Source: Selaginella moellendorffii (taxonomy: Eukaryota; Plantae; Lycopodiophyta). From it: DNA of 64,000 bases. Position 1 is the stretch's first letter. Each line of letters begins with the position of its first letter. Positions 46,146-58,629 of the stretch are shown piece after piece. The DNA is taken from positions 1,493,955 to 1,557,954 of the forward strand of contig NW_003314275.1 of NCBI RefSeq assembly GCF_000143415.4, read 5' to 3'. The translations under genes and the position numbers were made by a program. Under the pieces are notes generated by a model, which saw nothing but the letters and a program-made list of their open reading frames with translations, was not told the origin of the DNA and made no database searches.

Positions 46146-49094
46146 TTACATCTTGGGAGCTATCCTAGAAAAGACACTTTTCACGGGTTCATTATCTTTT
46201 TCCACCGTGGTGGTGTCAACATGGTGGCGGTGGTGGTGGTGGCGATGGTGGCTTTCATGGCTTCTACTGCGCTCTTGCTCCTCCTGCTTCACCCTTAGAA
46301 ACACCGACACTCTCCTCGACGAAGGCGATGGCTCCTCCTCTCCTCTCCTGCGCTTTGATTCCTCGCGAGACAAGGATGATTTGTAAGTACTTCTCGATCT
46401 GTAACTCTCGCCTCGATCTCGATCTTGCTCTCGCTTTCGATCTCGATCCGACGATGGCTTGTGTCTTTCGCCTGCGCTGCTGTGACCTTCATGGTGGCTC
46501 GACCTTCTATCCCTGCTGGTATCTCTGCGCTCCGAATCTCTTTCCCTGTAATCGTAGTCCTCGCTCCGGCGCTTCCTCGAGGAACTGTCGTCCCCGTTTT
46601 GATCCCTGCTGTGAACGTTTTTAGCCAGTGAAGCCAAACTCTGAATGCTAAGCTTACCTCTTTTGATGCTCGTGCTTTCTCCACGCTTCCGCCTTCTTGG
46701 CCTCGAATTCCTCGCAACTCATCGGAGGATACTTCCCGTATGGCGGATACTCAGCAAAGTCTCTGCAAACAATTTAAAGTGAGTGTGAGAAGCAAAAGAA
46801 CCAAGCCAAGACGATCTACACAAGTACCTTTGAGGAAAAGGTGGCGGAACCATTCCCGCGTAAGCATATGGATCCGGCAGCAAAGGAGGTCCATTAAACG
46901 GGACGTCGAATGGAACTCCATAGCCACCATTGTAAGGCCCTCCGTAAGGCATCATAAAACCATCTCCGATTGGATGAGGGGCCCAGAAAGGAGCTCCATA
47001 AGGTCCAATTCCGTCAGGCATCCACGGCATTTGCTGGCCTGAATAGTTTAGTTTACCAAGTCAGTAAGAAAAAACCGGAGCATCGAAATCGAGGAAAAAG
47101 TACCTAGAGGAGTCTGCTTTGGCGGGCGCACTCGCTTCGGCTTGTTCTTCTTCGCTTGCTGACCCGGATTTCCTTCTTCGTTGGTATTTCCATCCGGAGG
47201 AGCGTCTTTCAAGCTGGCCGACTCCACCTCTGCCTCGTCACCTTGCGCACTAGCTTCCGGAGCCGGAGTTTTATGAGGGGCATCCTTCACCTCCGTCGTA
47301 ACAGCCTTTTCCAAGGTCTGCGATTGATCTTTCACTGAGGCCGATAGAACAGGAGAGGCTGCTTTTGCTAGAGGCAACACTGACTCCATATCTGTGAACA
47401 ATGTATTAGATTTAAATCTTCTCGACTCAAAACACACAACTTACCAGGAAGAATAACCTTGCTGCCATGATTCTCGGTGCTGCTCGTGGCCGCGTTTGAT
47501 TCCAGAAGCCTCTCGATCGCATCACGTAATGTCTTGTTTGGAAGGAGGTCGTCGGCAAGCACATGTGTCGCTCCACAGACGCATTTGCCTTTGGAAATGA
47601 TCTCATTTCGGATGCCTACAAAACCAGGACGTTAAAAAACACTGGCACTGAATTCTTCGCAATTGAAGCTTACATCTGTCACAGTAGCTCTTGAAGCAGC
47701 ATTTACTCGTCAACACGGCGTCCTTAAGAACGTCCTTGCACAAGGGGCAGCGGAGTTCCGGAGGAACCTCGTTGACAACTTTATTTGACGTTAGTGAAAC
47801 CACTTCTTTCTCAAAAAGCTCTCTGCAAAAGGTGCAAAAACATGTGATATACATGTCAGGAAAGTGAAGTGCGCATGTACGTCACGTACTCGTTTGGCCG
47901 CAAAACAGCGATCTCTCCATTCGGCATCGCATAAGAGCCATCGGGGTTCGCTACAAGCATAGTTCTGGGAATGCCAGTAGGAAGCTTGACCCTCTTAATG
48001 TTGTACGAGGGATCCTTGTTTGTAGGACAATGCTGGATGTAATGGCCTGTAACCACGAGAAATAACCGGTAAAGAAAAAACCCTCTGCAAGAGAATGAGC
48101 TTTACCTGGTTCATTGCAGCGATGACAAACATAACCATCCGGAGGAGTTTTTCTCATGAAGCCCGTGCCTAGAAAAGCAGAAGGCGCGTAAAAAAAAAAG
48201 CAACAAAAAGAAAAAAATCGTCCAAACCTCTTCCCATTCCTCGTCCGCCGCCACCACGACCTCTGCCTCCCACAAAAGCTTGCTGTGTTTGCCTGCCACG
48301 CACGAGAGTTAAAATACAAAACAAGCCTTCAACGTCAAGACACACCACGATACCTTTGCCACTCGGAGGCCGACGCGTCGCAAAACGCCTTGATCTTTGC
48401 CTCTTCCTCGGCTTTAGCCGCGGCATCAGCCACAGGAACAGTAGCTTGCGGAACTTGTTGGGCCTTCGAGGTTTGCGGGTCCTCGTATAAGTCGACACCA
48501 AAATCATCGCTCCAATCGGACTGGACAAAAGGCAAAGGATTCTCATGAGAAAAAAAGATTGACAAAAACGAAAGACTCGAAACTTACAGTGGTCGTCTTG
48601 ACAGGATTTTCCACCTTGCTCAAGAGTTCCTCCACAACTTTGGGCCTGCCAAATACTCCAGAGTCATAAAAGCGGTGAAAAAAAAATGCTTACTCTGGCT
48701 TGGGCTCCGTGATGACGGGAACTCGAACTCGAAAAGTCCCTGGAACGCGACGAACCAGCACCGACGTGTTCTTGGGCACGAGAAATCCTTCGTCGGCATA
48801 CTCTGCGAGCACACACATTTTTCCAAAAACCCACAAACACGTAAGCCCGAGATGAAACCCAGATCAGGCGAAGCTCGAAAAGATAGAAGAAACGAAATCG
48901 AAAAAAAGAGTAGAAAAGTTTATCAAACCTTCGTTAGTTTGCGAATTGGAAATCAAGAGATCAAAATCTGGAGGCCTTTCGAGCCTCATCTTGTCAACAA
49001 TCCTCTCCTTGAGCTGGAGAATGGATAGAAAGGGGCCCTCAACAGGAACAGCGCTGTAGTCTTTGGCACTCTTAAACTTGTAATAAACAGCCAT
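46146..49094 (-). CDS. DWNN-domain / zinc-knuckle / RING E3 ligase (RBBP6/MPE1/PQT3 family), multi-exon
   Basis: MAVYYKFKSAKDY; CHRCNEPG-HYIQHC; CPLCKDVLKDAVLTSKCCFKSYCDRC; R/S/D-rich C-terminus; short GT-AG introns. Confidence 0.93.
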
Positions 49095-49534
49095 AGCCTT
49101 TTTTTTTTTCTTTTTTTTTCTTAGAGAATGGAACGAAAAAGAATGAAACACAGCAGAGATCCTGGAGCGATCTAAGGCAACAAAAGAATCTCCTAGAACC
49201 CTAGAACAAAACAATCAGATGGAGATGGAGCGGCGAGCGCCTAGCGCGAATTGGTCCTCCGGATCTTCGCGGAGAGAAAAGAGGGAGCCCTGGCGCCGAC
49301 GAGCCGCTGCGCGTCCTTCACTCTTCCCCTTTGGCGAATGGCCCCAAACCCTAACAAGGGGTGTAATTCAAGCGCGTTTAAAGGGGCAGGGAATATTCGA
49401 CCCTCCTGATCCAGCCGCCGGTTTGATCCACCGGCTGACAAGACACGAAAATGCCACGTGTAGGGAAAGTTAGAATGGAGGTTTGGAGCTAAAGTTTGAG
49501 ATTGATTGATTACCTGATCGAGAAATCGATGGAT

Positions 49535-51492
49535 TTACAATAGCTTATCAAAATGAAAGAGATGGCCACGAACTTGGTAAGTGTAAGTTGTATAGAGCAG
49601 CGCTGCAGCAGTCACGGAACCAAACGATACAAGGACTAGGTATCCAAACTCCTGGAATGAAAGAAACATCATAGAAATAGTTGGAGAAGAAACTAGAGAA
49701 AAAAAAATTTATTGGATTACCTGAGGAGACGCGACGATCATACCCATGACAAAGGAGAGCATTTCTAGAAACGATTGCAAGGAGTTTTGAACGCCACCGA
49801 CAACTCCACGCTCGCTCTCCGGAACGCTAGACTGAATTCAAGGAAGGAAGGACATTAGAACACGAAGCAATAAAAAAAAAAACGAGAAGAATAGCTTACC
49901 TGCATAAGCTGAGTGACTGCCAGATCAAACGACCACAATCCGAAACGAGAGGCGATGATGCCGACGATGAGCAGCGCCGAAGAAAGTGCCGGCGTGTTGA
50001 TGAAGATCGAAGCCACGCAAATCAAAAGGCAAGACCACTGAGACAATGAAAAGAAGCGCTCAAAGTTAGACCCAAAATCGAGAACTAGACTTTAGAAATA
50101 GTTTTGTTACCTGCATCCAGATCGACCAAAGCCCAGTTCGAACGGTTTGGAGATTCGCATGCATTACAGGATAGCAGCAAGTAGCAGCGACTCCCACACA
50201 CGCTGAGACGCCTCGAGCAAGGCCGATCACATACGCCGGTACTTTCTTCCATTGCAAAGCTGCGGTCATCAGCGAACCAAAGCTGGAAAAACAAGAAGAA
50301 ACAAAAAATTAAAGCCACAGAAAAATGGAAAAAGAGAATCGAGGAGCTTGCCTTAAGACTGTGAAGTAAATAAGAGCTAGAGCCACACCAGCAAGCACAG
50401 GCTCTTGCTTGAAATATATCCACCATCCCTGTACCAGAGAAAACTTTTCCTCTGTGCTTTGCTCTACCCGGTGATCGCTAGGTTTTTCGCCGGCTGTTAG
50501 ATTCTCGGTGTCCTCTTGGTTGACAGCGGAAACGCTCTCAATGAGCTCTGGGATGGCTGAAATAGCCGAGACGAGAAGCCAGTACTCCACTCCCAGTGAA
50601 AGCAAGTTCCAGGCGGCAATGAGGACGATGCAAGCTAGAAGCGAGACGCTGCTCATGAGGATTCCAACGAAAACTGGAGCCAGAAGCTTGCAAGCCAAGT
50701 CGATGCGTCTCATTGTCGTGTTCATCTCCACGAGTAAGTCGGGTCTTCTACGTGAAATGCTCACGACCCTGTCACAAAATCGTGAAAGTTCACCCCACTG
50801 CTTGCTTAAACAATGTCAACTTACATACCAGTCTCGTTCCAAGAGGATGTTGCAACCGAGCCCAGCGAGAGAGCCAACAGCACCGAAGATATCGATCACA
50901 CCAACAGTAGCAAAGAACACCGGCAGGGCTTTGATGGGCCGCAAAAGAAGGAGGATCATCAGCAAGGATGCAACAAGAACAGAGCCATTGCGTAGTCCAA
51001 CCGAGACTTGTATCACCTGCATCGAGTGGAAGTCAGATGTGAAGCTTTGATCATCTCTGGCAATCACAAAACTTGAAGAAAAAAAAGACCAAGGATCACT
51101 TACTGTCAAGGGAAACGTTTTATCGATCCATTCTCCAACGTAGACACCCAACACAGCGATGCTAAGAGCTTCCCCGAGACCATACACCGCCGTGAGCACC
51201 AAAGACTTGGGCCAAATGCTTATCATAAAGAGCGACACATAGAAATCCCACATCCTGGGCGAACACAGGAATCAAATCTTAAACCTCTGATCGATCTTGA
51301 GCGAAGAACTCACCCGGCCCCCCATCGCGCAAGAAAATGCGCCGCATAGATGAAGTGGAGCGTCCGCTTGAATCCGAGTCCATCGCTCGCGGAGAAATCG
51401 TCCACATTTCGCGATCGCTCTTCTTCCTGAATCCCGCCATCGGCGACACTGCTGGAATCTGTGAGAAGGCGCAATGTGAGAGAAGGATCCAT
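49535..51492 (-). CDS. FPN: Ferroportin / IREG (SLC40) metal exporter, multi-exon
   Basis: YAAHFLARWGA-MWDF; GEWID; ILLERDW; MNTTMRRIDL; LIYFTVL; SRFGLWSFDLAVTQLMQ; VRGHLFHF. Confidence 0.93.
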
Positions 51493-51794
51493 CGATTGGA
51501 GAAGCACAAACCCTAGAAGCTAGAGAAGAGAAGGCCTTCTGGATGCTACCTTTACCTGGTTGAAACCTCTCGTATGGCTGGATTACACAAAATGAAATGG
51601 TTAGGTGATTAAAAAATAAAACCATGTAAGTCAAACTCACTTTAATAGACTTCTTTAAAGTTTATTTTCGAGCCAATGAAAGAGAGAGAAAAGATGGCGA
51701 ATCTCATTGTAATTCTTTAAGGCTTTTATACCTTTACTAAGATTGTTTAAAGTAAACATTATGTGTTTAGTATTAATAATTATTATTAATACTA

Positions 51795-51868
51795 AGAAGA
51801 GTCAACGGTCGGAACAGTTGGCTTCTAAAGACTTGGTCCGGGTTCGACTCCCGGATAATGCATTTTTT
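51795..51868 (+). pseudogene. Degenerate tRNA (Gly-like) relic followed by a T6 run
   Basis: gtcaacggt...gcttctaa...ccgggttcgactcccgg...gca tttttt follows the plant tRNA-Gly(TCC) layout. T-arm intact; acceptor and anticodon stems degraded. Confidence 0.5.
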
Positions 51869-52292
51869 AAGACCCCATGGCCGCCTTCTCCAGGTTGCGA
51901 ATCCCATACGCCAGGAACTCCTCTTGCGCTTGTTTGCTCTTGGAGCTACTGGAGCTCATCGTGAAGCTCCACTCGATCAAGCAACACCCCTCGCCCAGCG
52001 CCGTGAGCTTCACCGTCGCGGTGTAATCCTCGAGACCCATGTTGCCATCGACGATCTTGTAAGCCAGGGAGTGGCTCCAGTTATCGAGATAGATGAGCTC
52101 TTCCTTGACCGAGATCGACAAACCTCGAGCATCCGGATAGGACCGACAAAACCTCACGTTCCTCTCGATCTCGTAGCACTCTTGGATGCTTGGAACCCAC
52201 CGGTGCAGCGAGAAGAAATCCGAGGCCACGCTCCAGGCCGCCGACAGAGGCGCCTTGATCGTCGCCGAAACTCTTCCTCGCACCATCTTCAT
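51867..52292 (-). CDS. SRPBCC / polyketide cyclase-2 protein (lachrymatory-factor-synthase-like)
   Basis: AWSVASDFFSLHRWVPSI...VKEELI...LAYKIVDGNMGL..Y.AT...GCLIEWSF pattern. Confidence 0.88.
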   Translation of the reverse strand: MKMVRGRVSATIKAPLSAAWSVASDFFSLHRWVPSIQECYEIERNVRFCRSYPDARGLSISVKEELIYLDNWSHSLAYKIVDGNMGLEDYTATVKLTALGEGCCLIEWSFTMSSSSSKSKQAQEEFLAYGIRNLEKAAMGS

Positions 52293-52547
52293 CTTGATCA
52301 CCCGGGTCACGCGAAAGATCACAGAGATCACAGAGATCACAGAGAACTACAAAGACAATCGACCGATTCGTGAGAGACGAGCGAGTTCGATGACCGCAAA
52401 GGAAGAGTGTTTGGCTCGTTTTATACTCGACGAGTGGCTGCTCATAGAAGCTGACTTTTGCAAACCAAAATGGCGGCCGCTCGCTCGCGTCAGAGCTGCT
52501 TTTTTCAACCATAGAGCTACGTTTTTCGATTGAAATCTTCCACAGGT

Positions 52548-52725
52548 AAGCTTTGGTACGACACACTTCGTACAGTTATAGAACCTTGTCCGACTCGTAG
52601 CTCTACACGTCTCTCTCTGCAAAAACCATATAAAAAACGCCAATGCAAGCTTTTGTACGATCGTACAGCTAAAGAACCTTGTCCGACTCGTAGCTCTACG
52701 CGTCTCTCCCCAAAACCCATATTTT
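52548..52725. repeat. Two-copy ~95-bp direct repeat in the divergent SRPBCC/MADS intergenic region
   Basis: agaaccttgtccgactcgtagctctac occurs twice with similar flanks. Confidence 0.8.
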
Positions 52726-52970
52726 TCACGATTGCGAGTTTTATGTTCCCGAGCGTATTCTCTCCATCTTTGCAGCTGCCATGGGCCTTTCTTTTCTTCT
52801 AATGCGTGTTTTTCGCTGTTAGTCAAGCCAGTTTATTTTGACAAATTTCTCTACGTTGGGATTGGAAAATCCAAGTTTGACCAGGAGGAGTGAATCTTTA
52901 ACCCCTTTCTTATCCCCAAGAAAAGCATATTATCAGTGTAAAAATAGGCCTGGCAAACCCTCGAGGGAAA

Positions 52971-53576
52971 ATGGGGAGGAAGCCGACAGACTTGGCGTAC
53001 ATCAGGCAAGAAACCAAGCGGAGGAACACTTTCAGGAAGAGGTGGGAGGGCGCGAGAAAGAAAGCGGAGGAGCTCCACATACTCACGCGAGCTCGGGTGA
53101 GACTCATGGCGAGGTTTGAGGGTGTCTTGTATGTGTATAACAGTAGTGCGGAATCCGATGTAAACAATGGGGTGGCGGACAATGATCATCAACAAGCGCA
53201 AGATGATGTGAATACGAGCAGCGTGGACGACAATGGAGAGGGAGAAGATGGTGGCAGTGAGAATGAAAATGTGTATGAGAACGACGAGAATGAGAATGGT
53301 GACGAAGATGAGGAAGAGGAGAGCGACGGAGATGGTGATGGCGATGGTGATTGGGATGGGAATGGTGAGGCCACTTTCAAGCCCTACCAACTCAACTTCA
53401 GTGACTTTTCCAGCGATTTGAGCTTTGCGAGCAGGGATGCGGTGGTTCCACAGGATTTGGAGTGGTGTTTTGAGAGGAAAACTCTGGAGCAGCAGCAGCA
53501 GACGACTGCTGTGACCAAAGTCAACTACTCGGAGTTGCTTACTGAGGACGAAGTCAACGGCTTCCTCAACTTCTGA
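52971..53576 (+). CDS. Type I MADS-box protein, single exon, acidic middle region
   Basis: MGRKPTDLAYIRQETKRRNTFRKRWEGARKKAEELHILT matches the MADS consensus; no K-box. Confidence 0.85.
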   Translation: MGRKPTDLAYIRQETKRRNTFRKRWEGARKKAEELHILTRARVRLMARFEGVLYVYNSSAESDVNNGVADNDHQQAQDDVNTSSVDDNGEGEDGGSENENVYENDENENGDEDEEEESDGDGDGDGDWDGNGEATFKPYQLNFSDFSSDLSFASRDAVVPQDLEWCFERKTLEQQQQTTAVTKVNYSELLTEDEVNGFLNF

Positions 53577-53763
53577 CCGAGAGAAGTTTCTGTACATACA
53601 AGTATTGTCAGGGCTCTCAGAGTACTCCTTGTCATCGAATGTAAATAAAATCACTAACCTTGAAATCTTTTAGAGGTTCCAATACTTGAATGCTGCCACG
53701 TCAGCGTGCCTCCTCCAAGGCACTGATTCAAAGTTTAGGGCACGGCAAGAGGATTAGAAGGCA

Positions 53764-54675
53764 ATGGACAGCGACGAGAGCGACGAGGACGATGGGTGGA
53801 GCGCCAGCGTACGAATCATCACGCCACTGGACATGGACGCCACCGTCACGTTTAGCGACGTCGACGACGGGCCGAGCCACTGCTGCCACCACCACCACCA
53901 CGATTGCCACAGAGAGATCGCTTCCAGCCGCGACGCGATCGATCTGATCGGCCCGGCGGATCCCGACCCCGAGTATCTCGACGACAATGTGTGCCCAGAT
54001 TGCAAGGACAGCCACATCCTGGAGTGGAGTGGCGGCCCATCGCTGCCAAGAACATACCGCGAGGTTTGCCCCGCAGGCCAGTGCGATCAGTCATCCATCT
54101 CTTTGATCGACTCCTCTCTCCCTCGCCCCTACAATCCCCCAGTCTCCAATCCCCACTCGAGCACTGCCTCCAATACCTCCGCCGAGGATCAAGAGGTCGA
54201 TCGAATCACCATCCGCGCCAGCGAGAGAGACATCGATCACATCACAATCCGGGCGAGGAGCCGATCCCCCGAGCGCGTCACGGTGAGCGTCACGGATCAC
54301 CACTGCTGCCCGGAGCACCCGTGCTCTTCCTCCCAATCGCGCGATCGATCGTCCTCACCCAGCGGCCCGGTGGATCGCATCCGGATCCTGGTGGACAGCG
54401 AGGTGGACCACAAGATGGGGCAGCTGCGCAGCGCGCTGGACGACCGACTGGGAGATCGCATCGAGCGCGCCATCGACTCGGTGGTGGCCAGCAAGCTCAT
54501 GGACATCACGGATTGCACATCGGAGAGAGTGCTCCGCCGGATCAACTGTATGATCGATTGCAAGATGAAAGAAGCGATGGAGATGGCCGACTGCGCCGTG
54601 AATTCACGGCTCCGGGATGCGCTGGAGGCGGTGATGAAGGATCTACAGCGTTGCAAGAATAGATTAAACTCGTAG
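53764..54675 (+). CDS. Unknown 303-aa protein with Cys/His-rich patches and a helical C-terminus
   Basis: Long GC-rich ATG ORF located between genes; no recognised domain. Confidence 0.7.
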   Translation: MDSDESDEDDGWSASVRIITPLDMDATVTFSDVDDGPSHCCHHHHHDCHREIASSRDAIDLIGPADPDPEYLDDNVCPDCKDSHILEWSGGPSLPRTYREVCPAGQCDQSSISLIDSSLPRPYNPPVSNPHSSTASNTSAEDQEVDRITIRASERDIDHITIRARSRSPERVTVSVTDHHCCPEHPCSSSQSRDRSSSPSGPVDRIRILVDSEVDHKMGQLRSALDDRLGDRIERAIDSVVASKLMDITDCTSERVLRRINCMIDCKMKEAMEMADCAVNSRLRDALEAVMKDLQRCKNRLNS

Positions 54676-54765
54676 CCAGGAAGAAGGATAAATTTGAAGA
54701 GCCCTAGATTCCATTTGCCCTAAAACTGACGCGGCAGAGGCTTGTTGGTGACAAGTGGCAAGTTT

Positions 54766-54775
54766 GCCACGTGGC
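54766..54775. promoter_or_regulatory. G-box/ABRE (GCCACGTGGC) upstream of TSPO
   Basis: Perfect palindrome ~150 bp before the ATG with RY-like catgca nearby; plant TSPO is known to be ABA/stress-induced. Confidence 0.6.
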
Positions 54776-54925
54776 TACTCATGAGCATGCAGCGCGACAT
54801 GTGTCACTCTATGCGTTTTCAAGAGCTCCAGCGCATTAGGGCTCTTCAGCTTCTCTCTCCCTAATCTTCTCTCGCAAATCTCCTTCAGGCTCGCGCGGTC
54901 TCTCTCTTTGCTAGATCATACAGCG

Positions 54926-55561
54926 ATGGAGTCAACCGAGGGCCTGAGCAAGAGATCGCTGGACAAGCTCAGCGATCCTGCGCCAGAGGAGGACAAATAC
55001 CACGGCAAGAGCCCCCAGCGGCAGCAGCAGCGCGGCGGCGTTCGATCGCTCGCAATCGCAGTGGCAGCGCCATTCCTCCTGGGCGCCGCGATTGGATTCC
55101 TCTTCGGCCCGGACAAATGGTACGCAAATCTCCAGAAGCCCTCTTGGAATCCACCGGGGTGGCTGTTTGGGACCGTTTGGAGCGCCATCTATCCCCTCAT
55201 GGGGCTGGCTTCGTGGCTTGTCTGGGCCAACGGGGGCTGGCACAAGCAGTCCTACCCTCTCACTCTCTACGTGGTTCAGTTGGGGCTTAACCTCTTGTGG
55301 AGCGCGGCCTTCTTTGGGCTCCATAATCCCCTGTTGGCGCTGGCGGATATAGTGGTGCTGGTGGTGGTGGTGCTTGCGTGCATTGCTGCGTTTAAGCCCG
55401 TCAACCACGTCGCTGCCAATCTCATGCAGGTGTATTTGGCGTGGATCTTGTTTGCGCTTGCGCTGAATGCGAGCATCTGGTACATGAATATGGGTGTCGG
55501 TGGTGCTGGTGTTGATCCTGATCAAGCACAAGTTGCAACTGGTGCTACAAACCAAGAGTAA
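54926..55561 (+). CDS. TSPO: Translocator protein (TspO/MBR family)
   Basis: WYANLQKPSWNPPGWLFGTVW; LMGLASWLVW; QLGLNLLWS..FFG. Confidence 0.95.
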   Translation: MESTEGLSKRSLDKLSDPAPEEDKYHGKSPQRQQQRGGVRSLAIAVAAPFLLGAAIGFLFGPDKWYANLQKPSWNPPGWLFGTVWSAIYPLMGLASWLVWANGGWHKQSYPLTLYVVQLGLNLLWSAAFFGLHNPLLALADIVVLVVVVLACIAAFKPVNHVAANLMQVYLAWILFALALNASIWYMNMGVGGAGVDPDQAQVATGATNQE

Positions 55562-55839
55562 GGATTTGTAATATGATAGTTTACACGTTACTGTCACGTA
55601 AACGTTTGTGTTATATATTATATATTCACTTGTCAACTTGTTCTCTTATCTTGTAGTTATCTAAATCTTGTAAACCATATTCCAGCCAGCATTGTTGATG
55701 AGAATCTAGGCAAACCAATTGAGAGTAAAGATTTGTAGTATTAGTGTACACGTTATTGTCACGTAAACGATTATATATTTCTTTTCTAGTTATATAAGCA
55801 GGAAAACAAAATACCTCGACCAAACCTAGAAAACAGCCT

Positions 55840-57270
55840 TTGTTAGATCAGTCCACCTTGGTGCCACCAGCACCAGCCTTGCAGCTACGATCTGCAAACC
55901 AATCACGGGGAGAATGAAATTAGCGTCCACTCGCGAGGAAAAAAAATAAAAAAGGAGAAACTTACGCTGAGGGAGGGGCTCCCCTGCGAATAAAGCTCAT
56001 TTCCTCAACAATGTTTCTGTAGCACGATCATCTTTTGGAGATCCGCTGGCTTCCAGGGGGCAACACCATCCCCCATCACTACTCTCATAAAAGCGTCTTC
56101 CACTTCGGGAGTGGAAATTCCCGGGTGCCGGCAACTCAAACCACCGGGAGAGGCACAGTCACGTACATAAGATCAAGATTGTGGGATGAAAGCAAGCCTT
56201 ACCTCCGGGGAGACAAACAAGTTCCCCACAAGAGAGTCGCTGTCCGGGTACACAATTGGCTTTTTAAAACGTTTCTCATTGTACGCAATTCTTTTCTTCA
56301 ATTGCGCGTCCAAGCTCTCCACAGGGTAATTCAAGTTTTTCTCCATCAGTTGGAACTCTGGGAAAGAGAATTCACTCGGTGAAATTAATGAAAGACACTT
56401 ACGTGCAAACGAGTCCTTGTCGACTTCATCGTTTCTCATTGCGATGAGTCCTCTCACTTCCAGTTTTCCATATGTCCACATATCCGAGCACAGAACCAAG
56501 TCATAAACCGGAGTTCTGTGCCCCGCGAACAGGTTCCTTGTCATCTCCTGCGACGTCCTTGGAAGAGTCCATGGTTCGCAGCATCGTCATGGAACCATTT
56601 CCTTTCTACTTGGAGAACGAGCTTCTGCGGATCAAACTCTTGAAAGCTCGTTAATGGCTCTTTCGTTCTCGGCGCCTGACCCTCTACATAGAAGCCGAGA
56701 TCGCAGAAACCCCACCCAGTCTCTCCATCACCAAGGTCCGGGCCTCCATTCTCGGATTTCTGAGAGTCTTGAGAACCCTGTAAACCTGGATCATCCTGTT
56801 GAATCAGATCTTCACCTCCCATGAACTCCGCCACGTTGAGACATGGCGGAAACAGCAGGGAGAGAGATCTTCACCCGTTTGGTTCCAGAATGCCGCTGAA
56901 AATCCTCCTGGAGATCTAGCACTCGTGCGATCTTCGTTGCAGTCGTTTGAATGACGTCGCAAAGTCCAAAAAACAAAGAGGCAAGCACCGAATGTCCTTG
57001 CCGGTCGCCTCTGCATCCCTCTCCAAAAAGGCTGTAAAGCATAAAAACGTGTTAAGCTATAGCACATAGATATAGAATTGCTTACTTGACTATTGGAGAA
57101 ACCATTCGCAACTCACAACTGAGCATAGCCTGGAACAAAACCTGTGTCGAACTTGTCGATCGTTTGTTGCTCCCCCTTGTTCTCCGCAGTGATGGAGACG
57201 ATGTTGATGAATGGATTACCTTGCCAAGGAAACAATCAAGATTCAAGAATTGGAGAAGGAAGCAATCAGG
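55840..57270 (-). pseudogene. Probable multi-exon gene or pseudogene of unknown family
   Basis: Several abutting coding-like ORFs in different frames with GT-AG-like junctions; I could not build a clean model. Confidence 0.35.
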
Positions 57271-58629
57271 AAGTGGAAAGGGAAGCACTTGTGAGGAGGC
57301 ACATTGAGTGCGTGTACATCAATACGGGCTCTTTCTTGGAGCCGCGAGCGCGAGGTGATTCCTAGTTTCTCGTCCTCGCGTCCTCGCTTCATTAGCGTGT
57401 TTCTAAGGGCGATCCAGATTCTTCTTGATTCTTCTTGGGTTTTGTTTAAGGAAACTTTGGCTCCTAATAGTGGATCTTATTTGTATTGCAGAGCATCAGC
57501 TTTTGTCCCATGAACATTAAGACTGGGTATGAAAGCCTGCGCATCAAAGAAAGAAGTGAGAAGAATTTTTTTCTCTTAGACCTTCAAGGATTGAGCTGCT
57601 CATACTAGGGCGTAGGAGTGATTATTTGCATAAGAATTAATCTAGTGCAAATTCGTGTGATGATCGTGCTTGTACTCCCAATGTTTCTGTACATGCATCT
57701 TCCCTTCAGCAGCATTATAAAGGGTTCCCAATAGATCTTCTTGAGCTTCTTGTGAAAACATGGGTGAATTATGAATATTTTGCTTTCGCTTTTGGAGTTT
57801 TTTTTTCTAAAAATCAAATATATTTTAGTTATATATTATTAATATTTTGGTTTGATTAAGTAAACCTAGGCTTGAATATTTGTTGTTATTCATTTATATT
57901 AATATTATATTTATAAATAATAAAATTTTTTACACACTTCCTAATCTTGTATTTATAAATTATAAACATGCTTATAATAATAAATTTCTGATTGCTCAAT
58001 TGGATTAACAAATAATACTAAACAGAAATAACACTACTATTAAGAAGAACCATATGTAACAAAAATAAATTATTTATTCAACTGGTACTTTTTTTTATGT
58101 TTTTATAATATAGTAAAAAGAACTAACACTTTCCTTTATTGAAGCACCATTAACAAACTCTGTCATTGTTGCAAAAGCACCTCAATCCCTCCTCACATGC
58201 TCTTGCAAACATATAAAGTATTTTGTTTTATTGCTTAGATTATATATAATATGCAAGACTCACATGAACATTTCATTTTTCTTAATCTTAGGAATGTCAT
58301 TATATTAATTTCTGTATTCATAAAAAGCTATTTTAAAAGTGGTGTGATTTAATATTAAATACACTAGAGGATTCCTACATTATATTAATATGCTATAAAT
58401 TTAATATTTTAATATTTTTAAAAATATTTAAAGATTATTTTAAATTTTAAATTTTAAATACAATATTTTTAAAATTCAATACATGATTTTTAAATTGAAC
58501 TACTAGGTAATTCACATAGCATTATTATGTTTGATTTCCATGTCACCAAATCTACCACCGTATTATTTGGTATATGTATTGCACATCATTAGATAACTAA
58601 ATTTAACAATTAGATCAACTCAGTTGGAC

